Numbered from the stretch's first letter, positions 47,125 to 57,833 are shown. The stretch is DNA of 64,000 nt from Capsulimonadales bacterium (GCA_033762295.1 JANRLW010000069.1:32001-96000); one strand, 5' to 3'. Made by a program: numbers and translations. Notes: generated from the sequence alone by a model not told the origin.

Positions 47125-48609
47125 CTATTCGAAGACGGTTTCCGGATGGTCGGCCCGGTGACCCAGGGCGTCGTAGGTGGCGTACTTGTAAACCTCCGAC
47201 AGGGTCGGATAGTTGAAACAGGTCCGAATAAACAGTTCGGCGTCGGCGTCGGCCAGCATCGCGGTCAGCCCGATATGAATCAGTTCGGTGGCGGATTCGC
47301 CGATGATATGCGTGCCGATCAACTTCATGTCCGAACGCCGGAACACGAGTTTGAGAAAACCGAACTCGTCGCCGATGATTTCACCGCGCGCGTTCTGGGC
47401 GAAACTCGCCCTGCCGACGACAATATCGATTCCCTGAGCACGGGCATCCTCCTCGGTGATGCCGGCGACGGATACTTCCGGTATGGTGTAGATGCCGTAC
47501 GGAAGGATCGGAGCCATCTCCTGCTTGTAACGAAGATCGAACGCATGGCACATCGCCAGACGGCCCTGCTCCATACTGGCTGAGGCGAGGGCGGGGAATC
47601 CGATGACATCCCCGGCGGCATAAATGTGCGGCACCACGGTACGAAAATGCTCGTCGACCACGATCTGCCCACGCGCGTTGAGCGGAATCCCGATCGCGCC
47701 CAGGTTCAACTCCTCGGTATTGCCGCTTCTACCGGAGGCGACCAGAATGGTTTCGACCGGCAGTACGGCTCCGGAGGCGAGTCGCGCCCGGTAGGAAGCG
47801 TCGTTCTCCTCCGTAATCACCTCGGTGACGCTGTCCTGCATCCGAAAAACGATTCCGAGAGCCTCCATTCGCTGTTTCAGCCGTTCCGAGACTTCATCGT
47901 CCAGAAAGGAAAGGATCTGGTGGCGCGATTCGATCAGGGTCACTTGAACGCCGAGGGCCGCAAAGATACAGGCGTACTCGCAACCGATCACACCTCCTCC
48001 GGCCACCAGCATCGAGGAGGGAAAGGTATCCAGATGGAGAATCTCATCGGAATCGTAGACGCCCTGATCGTCGAACGGGTAGATCGGGGGGCGGTACGGC
48101 CGGCTGCCGGTCGCGATCAGGAAGCGGTCGGCCTGCAACGTCGTCGGTACCGGGCCGTCCACAGCGACGGTATGCGGGTCGACGAACCGGCCGATCCCAC
48201 GGTAGATATCGATGCGATGCCGCTCGAAGTTACGGCGGATTCGCTCCCGCTCGCCTTCCTTTACCAGTCGTTCCCGGTGCAGGAAATCCTGGACGGTGGC
48301 TCGGTCCCGAAGGTTCGCCTCGATGCCGTACAGTCCGCGCTGCCGAAATCCGGACAGGTAGAGCGCGGTTTCACGGAGGGTCTTTGAAGGAAGCGTCCCG
48401 GTATTGGCCGCCGCGCCGCCGAAGTACGGCTCCTTCTCGATGACCGCCACGCGTTTTCCGAAGTAGGCCGCCTGGGCCGCTCCCTTTTCACCGGCCGGTC
48501 CGGAGCCGATCACGACCAGATCGTAATGGCGCGGCGTCTCGCCGGAGGCATTCGAACCGGCGTCCGAAGTCGGCATTCGAGCGGTTTCCATGAGGGCAGA
48601 TTCCGTCAT
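47125..48609 (-). CDS. sthA: Soluble pyridine nucleotide transhydrogenase
   Basis: GSGPAGE, NTGTLPSKTLRE (no CxxxxC disulfide), GGGVIGCEYA, GDVIGFP.LAS, CFNYPTL. Confidence 0.88.
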   Translation of the reverse strand: MTESALMETARMPTSDAGSNASGETPRHYDLVVIGSGPAGEKGAAQAAYFGKRVAVIEKEPYFGGAAANTGTLPSKTLRETALYLSGFRQRGLYGIEANLRDRATVQDFLHRERLVKEGERERIRRNFERHRIDIYRGIGRFVDPHTVAVDGPVPTTLQADRFLIATGSRPYRPPIYPFDDQGVYDSDEILHLDTFPSSMLVAGGGVIGCEYACIFAALGVQVTLIESRHQILSFLDDEVSERLKQRMEALGIVFRMQDSVTEVITEENDASYRARLASGAVLPVETILVASGRSGNTEELNLGAIGIPLNARGQIVVDEHFRTVVPHIYAAGDVIGFPALASASMEQGRLAMCHAFDLRYKQEMAPILPYGIYTIPEVSVAGITEEDARAQGIDIVVGRASFAQNARGEIIGDEFGFLKLVFRRSDMKLIGTHIIGESATELIHIGLTAMLADADAELFIRTCFNYPTLSEVYKYATYDALGHRADHPETVFE

Positions 48610-48628
48610 CGCCGGAAGGAATTCCTGC

Positions 48629-49174
48629 CTAGCGCCCCTGACGCCGCCGTTTGCGGCGGAACCACCGGCGGGGCCAGCGGGAAACGACGATATCCGCGCC
48701 GATATGGAGCGCCGTTCCCAGAAAGATACCGAGAGCCGCCATCTGCACGTGCCAGGGATAGTTCTGCCAGAGACCGACGAGCGAATCGGCATACTGACGG
48801 CTGATACCGTTCCGGTCGAATTTCAGAAAGTAGGAAGCGATCCAGGTCATGATGCGGAAGGACGCCCAGACCACGGCGACGAAATACAGCAGCCGCAATG
48901 CCGGACCCAGCACGAACGAATGGGACAGAATCGAGCGATGGGGCATCAGTTTCTGGTACGGCCACCAGAGGATGCGGAAGGGGCCCCAGCGACGGTAAAC
49001 CGACGAATCGAGGTCGAGGTCCGGCGAAAGAAAAAATCCGGAGAAAAGCGTCGCCGCTGTCAGCGTCACGGCGCCCAGGGGGTCCGGAGGCGACGGAGCG
49101 AGCAGGAAGTAGGCCGGGAGCGCGACAATCGCGCCCACCACGGTGATGCGGTCATGCACTTTGCCGCTGGGCAT
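48629..49174 (-). CDS. Putative metal-binding membrane protein (DUF2227-like)
   Basis: MPSGKVHD, LSPDLD, WWPY...HRS.LSH, LHIGAD. Confidence 0.8.
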   Translation of the reverse strand: MPSGKVHDRITVVGAIVALPAYFLLAPSPPDPLGAVTLTAATLFSGFFLSPDLDLDSSVYRRWGPFRILWWPYQKLMPHRSILSHSFVLGPALRLLYFVAVVWASFRIMTWIASYFLKFDRNGISRQYADSLVGLWQNYPWHVQMAALGIFLGTALHIGADIVVSRWPRRWFRRKRRRQGR

Positions 49175-49218
49175 GCAAAAGCCTATCACGCCCCCCTCGA
49201 CCCCGCAAAACCGGACCG

Positions 49219-49254
49219 GATCAAATCGATCAAATCGATCAAACCGCTCAAACC
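49219..49254. repeat. Degenerate 9-bp tandem repeat (GATCAAATC) x4
   Basis: gatcaaatc gatcaaatc gatcaaacc gctcaaacc, intergenic. Confidence 0.7.
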
Positions 49255-49255
49255 A

Positions 49256-50698
49256 TCAGGCGGATCGGGCCGGATCGGCGGTTCCGGTGCGGCGCGCCCG
49301 GTCCGGTGACAGCGAACGGCGGCGGGCCGGACGTGACCGCGAGGAGCGAACGCCCGCGGCACGGTAGCTGTCGGTGTGCAGGTACTGCCGTGTCGTTTTG
49401 CCGTCTTCGTGATGGACCACCCGGTAGGTCACGACCGTAATGCCGCCCAGCGAGTTGCGGCGGGACGGGCCGGAAACGATCTCGATCCGTTCCTTGTTCT
49501 TCGGCTTTTCGCCGTACAGGTTGATCGTGAGACGGCGGTTGCGAGTCCGGGCCAGCACCATCACCGGACCGTCCGTCGTGTTGGCGAACCGGAAATCCAG
49601 TGAACCGTAAACGACCGTCGCATCCCGTCCCGGATCGACATACTGCACCTTGATCGAGTGGTTCTGTCGCTGCGTCACTTTGCAGTCGGTGCGCAACACG
49701 GCATTGTACAGGGTCGAGGCCACCTGACAGACCCCGCCGCCCACTCCGGGAACCACCTCGCCATCCTGAAACATCAGAGCGCTCCGCCAGCCGAACTCCC
49801 GCTCCCGGGGACCGACAATCCGGTTGTAGGAGAACTCCTCGCCCGGCGCGAGCATCGTACCGTTGATTTTGGCGGCGGCCAGCTCGACGTTGTGACTCCG
49901 TTCACCGTTCGACGAGGAGTAGGACGTGGTGAAGGACGCCAGAACGTTCCCCATGCGGCCCAGATCGGCGGCGGTCACTTTCGGCCGTTCCTCGCGAACG
50001 ACCAGGGTCACGGAAACGCCCTTTTTCAGGGCATCGACGCCATCTCTCAGAAGCGCCGCTCCGGTTGCCGCGCGATCGAGGGAGACGCCTTTGGTCTCCT
50101 TCCGGGTCAGCAGAATCTGCCCCGAATCCGAAATGCGCGCCCGGGCATCGACCGGCTTTCGATAAATGGCGTCGCCGATGCGCCGCAGTTGACGGTCGAG
50201 CGCCGCCTCGTTGAACCGGAACACCGGCGAAAAATCCTGATCGACGGGTTTGCCGCCGTCGCGGATCTTTTCCCACCAGGTCGCGTTCCGGCCGACGGCG
50301 GCGGCGCGTACGATCGCCTCCTGCAGGTCGTAACGCCCCCCGATTTCGGCCAGAGTGATATTCCATCGTCGTGCGGACTTCGGCGCGACAAAGGTGACCG
50401 GCACGGCCAGTTGACGGATCGCCCACGGACGCACCTGCTGTCGCGCTTCCTCGTGAGTTTTTCCCCCGACGTCAATCCCCGCGACCCGTACGCCGACGCG
50501 AAGCCGATCCGAAAGGGAAGCGTCCTCATAGGCGCGATATCGCTGATAGGCGACGGCCCCGCCGACGGCGAGCAGGGCGAGCAGGCCGAAAACCCCGACC
50601 CGCAGAAAGACCGTGCCGGCACCCGGCGGCGTGGCAGAGATCGCGCTTCGTTCGTTCGGAGTATCCGCAGTACCGTGAGACACAGCATGGCCCTTCAA
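49256..50698 (-). CDS. VanW-family protein with an N-terminal peptidoglycan-binding-type region
   Basis: TM anchor; NVELAAAKINGT.LAPGEEFSYN, GGGVCQVASTLYNA, GRDATV, DFRF.N. Start uncertain. Confidence 0.9.
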   Translation of the reverse strand: MKGHAVSHGTADTPNERSAISATPPGAGTVFLRVGVFGLLALLAVGGAVAYQRYRAYEDASLSDRLRVGVRVAGIDVGGKTHEEARQQVRPWAIRQLAVPVTFVAPKSARRWNITLAEIGGRYDLQEAIVRAAAVGRNATWWEKIRDGGKPVDQDFSPVFRFNEAALDRQLRRIGDAIYRKPVDARARISDSGQILLTRKETKGVSLDRAATGAALLRDGVDALKKGVSVTLVVREERPKVTAADLGRMGNVLASFTTSYSSSNGERSHNVELAAAKINGTMLAPGEEFSYNRIVGPREREFGWRSALMFQDGEVVPGVGGGVCQVASTLYNAVLRTDCKVTQRQNHSIKVQYVDPGRDATVVYGSLDFRFANTTDGPVMVLARTRNRRLTINLYGEKPKNKERIEIVSGPSRRNSLGGITVVTYRVVHHEDGKTTRQYLHTDSYRAAGVRSSRSRPARRRSLSPDRARRTGTADPARSA

Positions 50699-50781
50699 TC
50701 GATTTTTTTGCAGGAAATTTACGACTGATTATACGGCAACGGGATATGATTTGCCCTTATTCGTAAACGAAATCACGTGAA

Positions 50782-51528
50782 TTACAGCACAGCGTTAATG
50801 TCGTCCGGGTCCCAGTCCTCCGGACCGGACGGGAGTCGGGACGGGCTGGCGCCCTGTTCCAGAAGCGCGATTCGCTGATGAAGGCGCTCGATTTCCCCCA
50901 GAAGACGCTGAATCATTTCCCCCTCCGGGTCCGCGCCGGTCAGGGTTTCATCCACGATCGCCGGCGCGGGACGGACCGGCGGACGGGGAAGGGTGCGTCG
51001 GACTCCCGCCGCACTCTCTCCCGGTCGAAGGAACTTGGCCGGTACCCCCACGGCGATGTGGTCGGCAGGGACATCCTTGGTCACCACCGAGTTCACCCCG
51101 ATTTTGACGTTGTCCCCAACCGTTACCGCCCCCAGAACCTTTGCCCCCGCGCCAAGCAACACGTTATTGCCGACCGTCGGGTGGCGTTTGGTCTTTTCCA
51201 GGCTGGTACCGCCGAGCGTCACCTGATGGTACATCAACACGTCGTCGCCGATTTCCGCGGTCTCGCCGATCACGACTCCCATGCCGTGATCGATAAAGAG
51301 ACGTCGCCCGATACGTGCGCCCGGGTGGATCTCGATCCCGGTCACAAAACGATTCCATTGCGAAAGCGCCCGCGCCGGAAACAGGAGGCCGCGAACCCAG
51401 AGCCAGTGGGCGACGCGATGATACCAGACGGCCCAGAGGCCGGCATAGGTGAGCACTTCCCAGGCCGAACGCGCCGCCGGGTCCTTGCGTATCGCGTTTT
51501 CAACATCCTCACGGAGACGAGAGATCAT
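50782..51528 (-). CDS. cysE: Serine O-acetyltransferase
   Basis: [43 protein letters not shown]. Confidence 0.95.
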   Translation of the reverse strand: MISRLREDVENAIRKDPAARSAWEVLTYAGLWAVWYHRVAHWLWVRGLLFPARALSQWNRFVTGIEIHPGARIGRRLFIDHGMGVVIGETAEIGDDVLMYHQVTLGGTSLEKTKRHPTVGNNVLLGAGAKVLGAVTVGDNVKIGVNSVVTKDVPADHIAVGVPAKFLRPGESAAGVRRTLPRPPVRPAPAIVDETLTGADPEGEMIQRLLGEIERLHQRIALLEQGASPSRLPSGPEDWDPDDINAVL

Positions 51529-51690
51529 GTTTCCCTTTAGTAACCGCAACATGGAGAGTGAACGGCCACCTTCCGATTTTACCCTGTGGCGCAGGACCGT
51601 CGCAATCGACCCTCTTCCGGCAAGGGTGAGCGCGAAACCGCGGAACCCGCCGATTCGACCGTACGTTAACCGGATGGAAATGAGGTTTCG

Positions 51691-52473
51691 ATGGTAGTCA
51701 ATCCGGTGTCGGAGGGATGGGAGATCGTTTTTCATCGTGCGCATGCGTTGCTGGCGACGCAGATCGCGTTGCGATGGCGTGAGGAAGGGCAGATTCTTCG
51801 GGTAGCGGAGACGGTCGCGGCCATCGTGCAGCACGATGACCTGGAAAGGGAGCTGGAGCAGGACCGACTGACGCCGGCGGGGGCTCCGATGGATTTCACG
51901 CTGCGGCCGACGGACGAGGAGACGGAGATTCCCCGCTGGCAGGAGATGCTGGATTGCGCTTTGCACCGAAGCCGCTGGGTCGCATTGCTCACCGGCTGCC
52001 ACATTCTCTTCCTCAACGCGGAAAAACGGGAGGAATCACGGCGTCTGGATCGCTTCCTCCGCACCCTTGAGGAAAAAATGGAACGCTGGCGGGAGCAGTT
52101 GAACGTCTCGGAAGCCGACCTGCGGCGATCGTACGCGTTTTTGCAGTGGTGCGACCGCCTCTCCCTGACGCTGGTGGGCAACGAACTCCCGACCAAGGAA
52201 CGATGGTTGGAGATCAGTTTCGGACCGGACGGTGTCTCATATTCGGCGCGGCGTTGCGACGACGGGACCATCGAACTGGAACCCTGGCCGTTCGACGTGC
52301 CGGAATTCACGACCGAGGTCGATGTTCGTCTGCTGAACCGTTTGAAATTCGACCATCCGGCCGCGCTGCAGCGGGCGCTGGAGGCGGCGCCGGTTCGGTC
52401 GCAGGAATACCGGTTTCGTCGTTCCGGGTCGCGGCGACCGAAAAGCGAGACCGATCCCGGCGCGGACGGATGA
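51691..52473 (+). CDS. DUF3891-like protein
   Basis: [28 protein letters not shown] and PWPF motifs; GAGG RBS. Confidence 0.75.
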   Translation: MVVNPVSEGWEIVFHRAHALLATQIALRWREEGQILRVAETVAAIVQHDDLERELEQDRLTPAGAPMDFTLRPTDEETEIPRWQEMLDCALHRSRWVALLTGCHILFLNAEKREESRRLDRFLRTLEEKMERWREQLNVSEADLRRSYAFLQWCDRLSLTLVGNELPTKERWLEISFGPDGVSYSARRCDDGTIELEPWPFDVPEFTTEVDVRLLNRLKFDHPAALQRALEAAPVRSQEYRFRRSGSRRPKSETDPGADG

Positions 52474-52482
52474 TTCGACCGA

Positions 52483-53091
52483 TCAGACGTCGGTGAACGT
52501 TTCCAGAAACTCGCGTAACCGCAGGTATTCGTCCGTACGGCGCAGTTCGCGAAGGACGGCTTTATTCCGTCGATACAGGTCCGCCATATAGGCATCAAAC
52601 CCGTGGGCGACGCCGACCACCTGTTCGATCAGGTAACGTTGCGGAGCGTTTCGGGCGCGTTGACGTTCCGTCTCACTGAGAGTTCGCTTGATGATCCGCT
52701 CGAGGATGTTGATATCCGGCTCGATAAGCAGGCGTTCGATGGTCGGTGCGATGACCATCACCAGAAACGTCTCCCGATCGGCCTGCTGGCTGAGAGAGTT
52801 CTCAAGCAGGACCCGCCGTTCCCCGGCATCATCGGATTCCGCATTGACGATCAACGCGATCGGAGCGAATCGTTTCAACTGAAGGGAGCGCGCCAGATAA
52901 TGGGCGCCCGCCCAACCGGACAGGGCGGAATGGGCGATCGCCACCTGTTCCGGCAACAGATATCCCAGGCTATCCTTGGAATCGCTGACGCGGAAGTCCG
53001 CTTCGAGCAGCGACTGCCAGAGAACGAAGTTGCGGAGCCCCTGTGTGACCACGTACGGACCGGTACGAACCTGTAATCTCGTATAAGCCAT
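52483..53091 (-). CDS. Hypothetical protein, possible degenerate TOPRIM-like fold
   Basis: YVVTQG..N, ALIVNAE and APTIE patterns recall E/DxD TOPRIM-like proteins (recalled, not searched). Confidence 0.55.
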   Translation of the reverse strand: MAYTRLQVRTGPYVVTQGLRNFVLWQSLLEADFRVSDSKDSLGYLLPEQVAIAHSALSGWAGAHYLARSLQLKRFAPIALIVNAESDDAGERRVLLENSLSQQADRETFLVMVIAPTIERLLIEPDINILERIIKRTLSETERQRARNAPQRYLIEQVVGVAHGFDAYMADLYRRNKAVLRELRRTDEYLRLREFLETFTDV

Positions 53092-53231
53092 CGTTTCGCC
53101 GTTTCAGCGGTCCTGTCCCGGTCGGACGCCCGGGCGACCGAAAATCAAACAGTGGATCTGTCTGAAAGTCTTTTATTGTACAGGAAACGATGGCTGTATG
53201 CTAGATCGACATTTTGCGGCGATGTTGTTGA

Positions 53232-54608
53232 TCAGTTTTTGAGTTTTGCTCGAACGATTTCCAGTGCTTTCTGTAATTGCGGGTCCAGTTTGTTGATCGC
53301 GGCACGGTTCTGAGGATCGTTGCGGATGACCTCCCGCTGACGGGCGTAATCGGCGTCGGTCAAATCGGTGACGACGTCCGGGATGATGCCTCCGGTGTTC
53401 GCCAGGGGATGTCCCTCCTCGTCGCGCCGAACGTTGATATCGTGCCTGGCACGGGTGAAATAGTGCTGTGTCGTGATTTTCACCGCCGCATCGCCGTTGA
53501 GCGGAATAATCGTCTGTACCAGGCCCTTGCCGTACGTTCGCGTTCCGACCAGGGCCGCAACCTTGCCGTCCTGAAGCGCGCCGGCAACGATCTCGGAGGC
53601 GGAGGCGGACCCGCCGTTCACCAGCAGGACGATCGGATAGGCTCCGGTACTCAACTTTCCACGATGTTTGGTCGGGTCGACGTCGAGCGAATGCAGTGCG
53701 CCGTTCTTTTCCTTTACCCAGACGACCGGACCCTCCGGGAGGAAACGGGAGGCGATATCCTGGGCCATATTCAGCAGCCCGCCCGGATTATCGCGAAGGT
53801 CGAAGATCAATGCCTTCATTCCCTGTTTTTCGAGCCGGGATACCGCCTGATCGAACTGGGAATCCGCCTGCTCGTAGAAGTTATCCAGCCGGATGTAGCC
53901 GATTTTGCCGGCTTCATCCTCCATCCGCCAGCGAACCAGAGGGGAGTTGACGACCGCCCGACGCATGGTAAAGGTGAGAGGCTTTCCGCGTCGCTCCACG
54001 GTGACCCGGACCGGCGTTCCCTCCTCGCCCCGGATACGGGCGATGACATCATCGATCCCGAGTCCCGTGATCGATTTCCCGTCAATCGCGCTCAGGATAT
54101 CGCCCGGCAGCATACCGGCTTTCGCCGCCGGCGACCCCTCGATAGGTTCGACCACGATGATTCGCCGATCCCGATTCAGATCCAGGGTGGTTCCGATGCC
54201 GACGAAGTTTCCGCTCTGCTCCTGGAGCATCTCCTTGTATTCTCTGGGCGTAATGAATTCCGTATAGCGGTCATTGAGTGACAGTAGCATCCCGTCGATG
54301 GCGGCGTAAGTCAGTTTGGTGACGCTGCGGCGGTTCTGATCGGCGGGGGAATTGCCGGAATAGTAGTGATTTCGGATAATATTCAGAACCGCTTCGTAGG
54401 TTTCGCTGGGTGGGAGGTCCGTATCGTCCGCATGGGCCGGTTTCGGGGTCAGCAGTCCGGCCAGCGCGGCGGTTGGCAGGGTCGCCAGTCGCCATTGCGC
54501 GGCCGGAAGGTTGCGAGGCGCCTCTTTCAGCGTGTCGGCGGTAAAGCCGCAGAGAAAGCTGGTAGCCGCAACGGAAATGGCAACAAACCCCTTGATAAAA
54601 ACCCGCAT
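53232..54608 (-). CDS. ctpA: Carboxy-terminal processing protease (S41A, PDZ domain)
   Basis: DRYT, GIG, DLRDNPGG, SASASEI (catalytic Ser), TYGKGLVQ (catalytic Lys). Confidence 0.93.
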   Translation of the reverse strand: MRVFIKGFVAISVAATSFLCGFTADTLKEAPRNLPAAQWRLATLPTAALAGLLTPKPAHADDTDLPPSETYEAVLNIIRNHYYSGNSPADQNRRSVTKLTYAAIDGMLLSLNDRYTEFITPREYKEMLQEQSGNFVGIGTTLDLNRDRRIIVVEPIEGSPAAKAGMLPGDILSAIDGKSITGLGIDDVIARIRGEEGTPVRVTVERRGKPLTFTMRRAVVNSPLVRWRMEDEAGKIGYIRLDNFYEQADSQFDQAVSRLEKQGMKALIFDLRDNPGGLLNMAQDIASRFLPEGPVVWVKEKNGALHSLDVDPTKHRGKLSTGAYPIVLLVNGGSASASEIVAGALQDGKVAALVGTRTYGKGLVQTIIPLNGDAAVKITTQHYFTRARHDINVRRDEEGHPLANTGGIIPDVVTDLTDADYARQREVIRNDPQNRAAINKLDPQLQKALEIVRAKLKN

Positions 54609-54659
54609 ACGCTCCCGACCTTTTCGTTTGGATATTTGCCGGACGGAACTCCGGCGCCG

Positions 54660-56102
54660 TTAATTGACCCGGCGTGCCGCAACCTGAGGACGTCCCCGTA
54701 ACGTGCTCATCGCCGTGCCGAGAATCTGTTCCTCGGTGGCGTTCGGTGCGATGCTGATTGTGGGCGAAACGCCCAGCGAGGCCCAATCCTGCCGCCGGGG
54801 ACTCAGCATCTTGCCGGTGGTAAGGACGAAGGCGGAACCATCCGGAAGCTTGTAGGCCATCTGCACGGTGGAATCGCCGAAGGTTCGACCTCCCACGGTG
54901 ACGCCCGCGCCGGACTCCGTCAGGGACAACGCCAGCGCCTCGGCAACCGACGCCGTTCCGCGATCGACCAGAATAACCAGGGGTCGTGACCCGTCCGACG
55001 CGCCCGATGCCGGTTTCAGGGGCGACTGTTTTCCGCCCGAGGTCACTTCATAGCCGAAAAGATTGCCCGGTGAAAGCTGCGCTTCGACACTCATCGCCGA
55101 CTCGAGCATTCCGCCGGGGTTGCCGCGCAGGTCGAGGACCAGACCCTTGTCCTTTGGCAGCGACTTCAAGGCGCGGGCAAATTCGTCCGCGGTCTTCTCG
55201 GTAAACAGCGGGATACGGACGTAACCGGAACCGTCCGAAAGGGTCAGTGAGGAAAGACCGGGCGCATCGACCGACTGCGGGGTCACCTCGACGGTCAAGG
55301 GGTTCTTTTCTCCGGCACGCTCCACGGTCAGGACACGGCGGTCTTTGGAGAGTTTCAGCCGACCGAGGGTCTTGATATCGCCCCGCAACGCCATCTGCGC
55401 CGCCAGCAGACCGATCCCTCCCTGAACCCGTTTGCGGGCGGAGTCCGCTTCGCGTCGTACCGTTTCAGTCTCGGAATCTCCCGGCGCGGCTTTCCGTGCC
55501 TGTTCCAGTAGCGCGTTCACCTTCAAATACGGATCGAAGCCCAGAATCCATTTGCCGTCGATATGCGTAATGATATCGCCGGGGCGCAGGCCGGCTCGCT
55601 GGGCGGGGGAACCCGGGAGCGGAGAAACCACCGTGATTTTGTAATCGGTATAACCGTCCTGCCGGGTGCCGCGAACAATCAGGGAGGCGCCGATGCCGCC
55701 GAAATGGCCGCGGCTTTCGGCATTCAACAACTGGAACTGCTCCGGTTCGAGGAAGTAGCAGTTGGGGTCGTTCAGGGCCGCGACCATCGACCGGACGGCG
55801 CTCTGGCTCATCGTTCGATCGCTGGGGAGTTTGTCGACATAGTGCTGCTTCACCAGGCTGTAGACGGTGTCGAATGTCCGTCGGGCTTCCTCCGCGTTGT
55901 CCGGCACGCGGGCGGAGCGACCGGCGGGGTTCTCGGCGCGTAAAGCGAAACGACCGGTTCGGGCCTGGGCGATTTGCGAGGAGACGCCGACATCGGCACG
56001 ACGGCTACGTTCGCGAAGGTGGTTGCCGTAAAGGAAGGACGCGCCCGACACAGTGAGCAAGGAAACGCAGAAAACCAAGGTCGATGTACGTCCTGTTGCC
56101 AA
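54660..56102 (-). CDS. S41A/CtpA paralog lacking the catalytic Lys
   Basis: PDZ domain, DLRGNPGG, TASVAE, but TFGDSTVQ; GGGAGG + TTG start at 56102. Confidence 0.88.
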   Translation of the reverse strand: MATGRTSTLVFCVSLLTVSGASFLYGNHLRERSRRADVGVSSQIAQARTGRFALRAENPAGRSARVPDNAEEARRTFDTVYSLVKQHYVDKLPSDRTMSQSAVRSMVAALNDPNCYFLEPEQFQLLNAESRGHFGGIGASLIVRGTRQDGYTDYKITVVSPLPGSPAQRAGLRPGDIITHIDGKWILGFDPYLKVNALLEQARKAAPGDSETETVRREADSARKRVQGGIGLLAAQMALRGDIKTLGRLKLSKDRRVLTVERAGEKNPLTVEVTPQSVDAPGLSSLTLSDGSGYVRIPLFTEKTADEFARALKSLPKDKGLVLDLRGNPGGMLESAMSVEAQLSPGNLFGYEVTSGGKQSPLKPASGASDGSRPLVILVDRGTASVAEALALSLTESGAGVTVGGRTFGDSTVQMAYKLPDGSAFVLTTGKMLSPRRQDWASLGVSPTISIAPNATEEQILGTAMSTLRGRPQVAARRVN

Positions 56103-56294
56103 GCTGAAAACCTCCCGTTCCGGAAAAACGCGTTGACTGCCTGCAGAGGGAAGGGATATCCATCCCTTAAAGTGTTCCATTATACCACCGTTCCGCTCGC
56201 GCTTGCCGAATTTGTCGGCTTTAAACGGGACTTTCCACAGGTGTGATAATTGCACTGCAGGTTTACGCCTTTAAATTTTAAAAGGTACGGACGG

Positions 56295-56326
56295 AAAACG
56301 CCCCGTGAACGATATTCACGGGGCGT
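56295..56326 (-). terminator. Intrinsic terminator after rpsR
   Basis: ACGCCCCGTGAA-N5-TTCACGGGGCGT, followed by a short T run on the minus strand. Confidence 0.75.
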
Positions 56327-56371
56327 GAAGGACGGAATCAGAGGGGCGGGGACGCCCGCCTGGCGCACGGA

Positions 56372-56611
56372 CTAGATTTGATCGGCGACGTAGGGCAGCA
56401 GAGCGATTTCCCGGGCGCGCTTGATTGCCTGCGCCAGCGGCCGCTGATAGCGGGCGCTCGTGCCGGTCGTTCGACGAGGAAGGATCTTTCCGCGATCGCT
56501 GACGAACCGGCGCAGAAGCGCGACGTTTTTGTAGTCGATGTAATCGATCTTCTGAACGGTGAAATAACAGACCTTACGCTTGGCCTTCTTAAATTTGCGT
56601 TGCTTCATCAT
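56372..56611 (-). CDS. rpsR: 30S ribosomal protein S18
   Basis: [36 protein letters not shown]. Confidence 0.97.
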   Translation of the reverse strand: MMKQRKFKKAKRKVCYFTVQKIDYIDYKNVALLRRFVSDRGKILPRRTTGTSARYQRPLAQAIKRAREIALLPYVADQI

Positions 56612-56668
56612 AACGTTTATCCTCGCGGCGCGGATTTCGAACGGGGGAACCCGTTCTCCGTCCGCCCG

Positions 56669-57232
56669 TTAATTATCGAAAGGATCGGCGAAATCATCCT
56701 CCGGTTCCGGTGGCGGAGTGTTGCGGCCGCCACGCCCGGTCGGAGCGGCGCCACGGGCCGGAGCCGCGGCCCCACGGGGTTCGTACCCTCCGCGAGAAGG
56801 GGATTCCTCACGGACCGGGGCGGACCGGGCCGGAGCGGGCGGCGAATAGGCGTCGCGCCCGCCCCCGGTATCGCCGTCGCCGTATCCTTCGGAATCCGAC
56901 CGCTTCTCCAGATTTCGGAACGTATCCGCCACGATCTCGACCGCACGCCGCTGCTGGCCGTCCTGGGAAACGTAGTTACGAATCTGAAGACGACCTTCGA
57001 CGACCACCAATTTGCCCTTCTGCAGGTAGTTCGCCGCGTTCTCGGCGAGCTGCCGCCAGGTGACGACGTCAAAGAAATCGGTCTCTTTTTGCTGACCGGC
57101 GTTGCGCGCTTCCGCCGACTGCGGGCGATCCACCGCGACCGTAAAGGTCGTGACCGGGACACCCGCCGGGGTCGATTTCGGCTCCGGGTCGCGGGTGAGG
57201 CGACCGATGATGATGATACGATTAAAGTTCAT
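56669..57232 (-). CDS. ssb: Single-stranded DNA-binding protein
   Basis: NRIIIIGRLTRDPE, KG.LV.VEGRLQ, acidic DDFADPF tail; rpsF-ssb-rpsR order. Confidence 0.97.
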   Translation of the reverse strand: MNFNRIIIIGRLTRDPEPKSTPAGVPVTTFTVAVDRPQSAEARNAGQQKETDFFDVVTWRQLAENAANYLQKGKLVVVEGRLQIRNYVSQDGQQRRAVEIVADTFRNLEKRSDSEGYGDGDTGGGRDAYSPPAPARSAPVREESPSRGGYEPRGAAAPARGAAPTGRGGRNTPPPEPEDDFADPFDN

Positions 57233-57338
57233 CTCCGACTGCACTCCTTAGGTTTTTAGAACGGTTGGTCCCGCCTGCGTCCGCACGGCTCCCGCCCGAT
57301 CGCATCGGGAAAGGAAGGAGCGCAAGGGATGACAGGAG

Positions 57339-57833
57339 CTACTCGTCGGCCTCGGTTCCGCTCGGCGTCGCCGACCCCGCCTCCGGGGACTCCTCGTTGG
57401 CCACTCCCCCCCCGTTGTTCAGGGCGGAAAGGTCGGTAACGGGCTGAGTTTGGGTGGCCGCCGCCGCCGCCGCGCGGGCGGCCTGCTCCCGTTCGCGTCG
57501 TTCCTGCTCCGCCGCCCGAATGCGCGACGGGTATCGATCGGCCTTCTTGTCCTGCTTGACGATCAGATATCGGAGCGTGTCGTCGCTGATGCGGAAGATA
57601 CGGTCCAACTCGTTACGCACTGCGGAGGAGGAGTGAAAGTTGACGATGATATAAATGCCCTCGCGACGCCCGTTGATCTCGTACGCAAGACGTCTCGGGT
57701 CCCAGCGATCGATGTCGTCCACTGTGCCGCCGTTGTTGGCGATGATGCCGGTGTATTTATCGATGACGGCGCGAATCTGCTCATCCGGCAGAGCCGTATC
57801 AAGAATAAAGACCGCCTCGTAGGCTGTCTCCAT
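57339..57833 (-). CDS. rpsF: 30S ribosomal protein S6 with a C-terminal extension
   Basis: YEAVFIL, RRLAYEI, G.Y, LRYLIV. Confidence 0.95.
   Translation of the reverse strand: METAYEAVFILDTALPDEQIRAVIDKYTGIIANNGGTVDDIDRWDPRRLAYEINGRREGIYIIVNFHSSSAVRNELDRIFRISDDTLRYLIVKQDKKADRYPSRIRAAEQERREREQAARAAAAAATQTQPVTDLSALNNGGGVANEESPEAGSATPSGTEADE

Noticed and set aside
49256..50698. VanW (and the SxxK hydrolase at 11936) as antibiotic-resistance genes
   Set aside because: No van cluster is present; both families are common cell-envelope or hydrolase genes.
56372..56611. S18 lacking most zinc ligands as a zinc-starvation paralog
   Set aside because: It sits in the core rpsF-ssb-rpsR operon, and zinc-free primary S18 is common.
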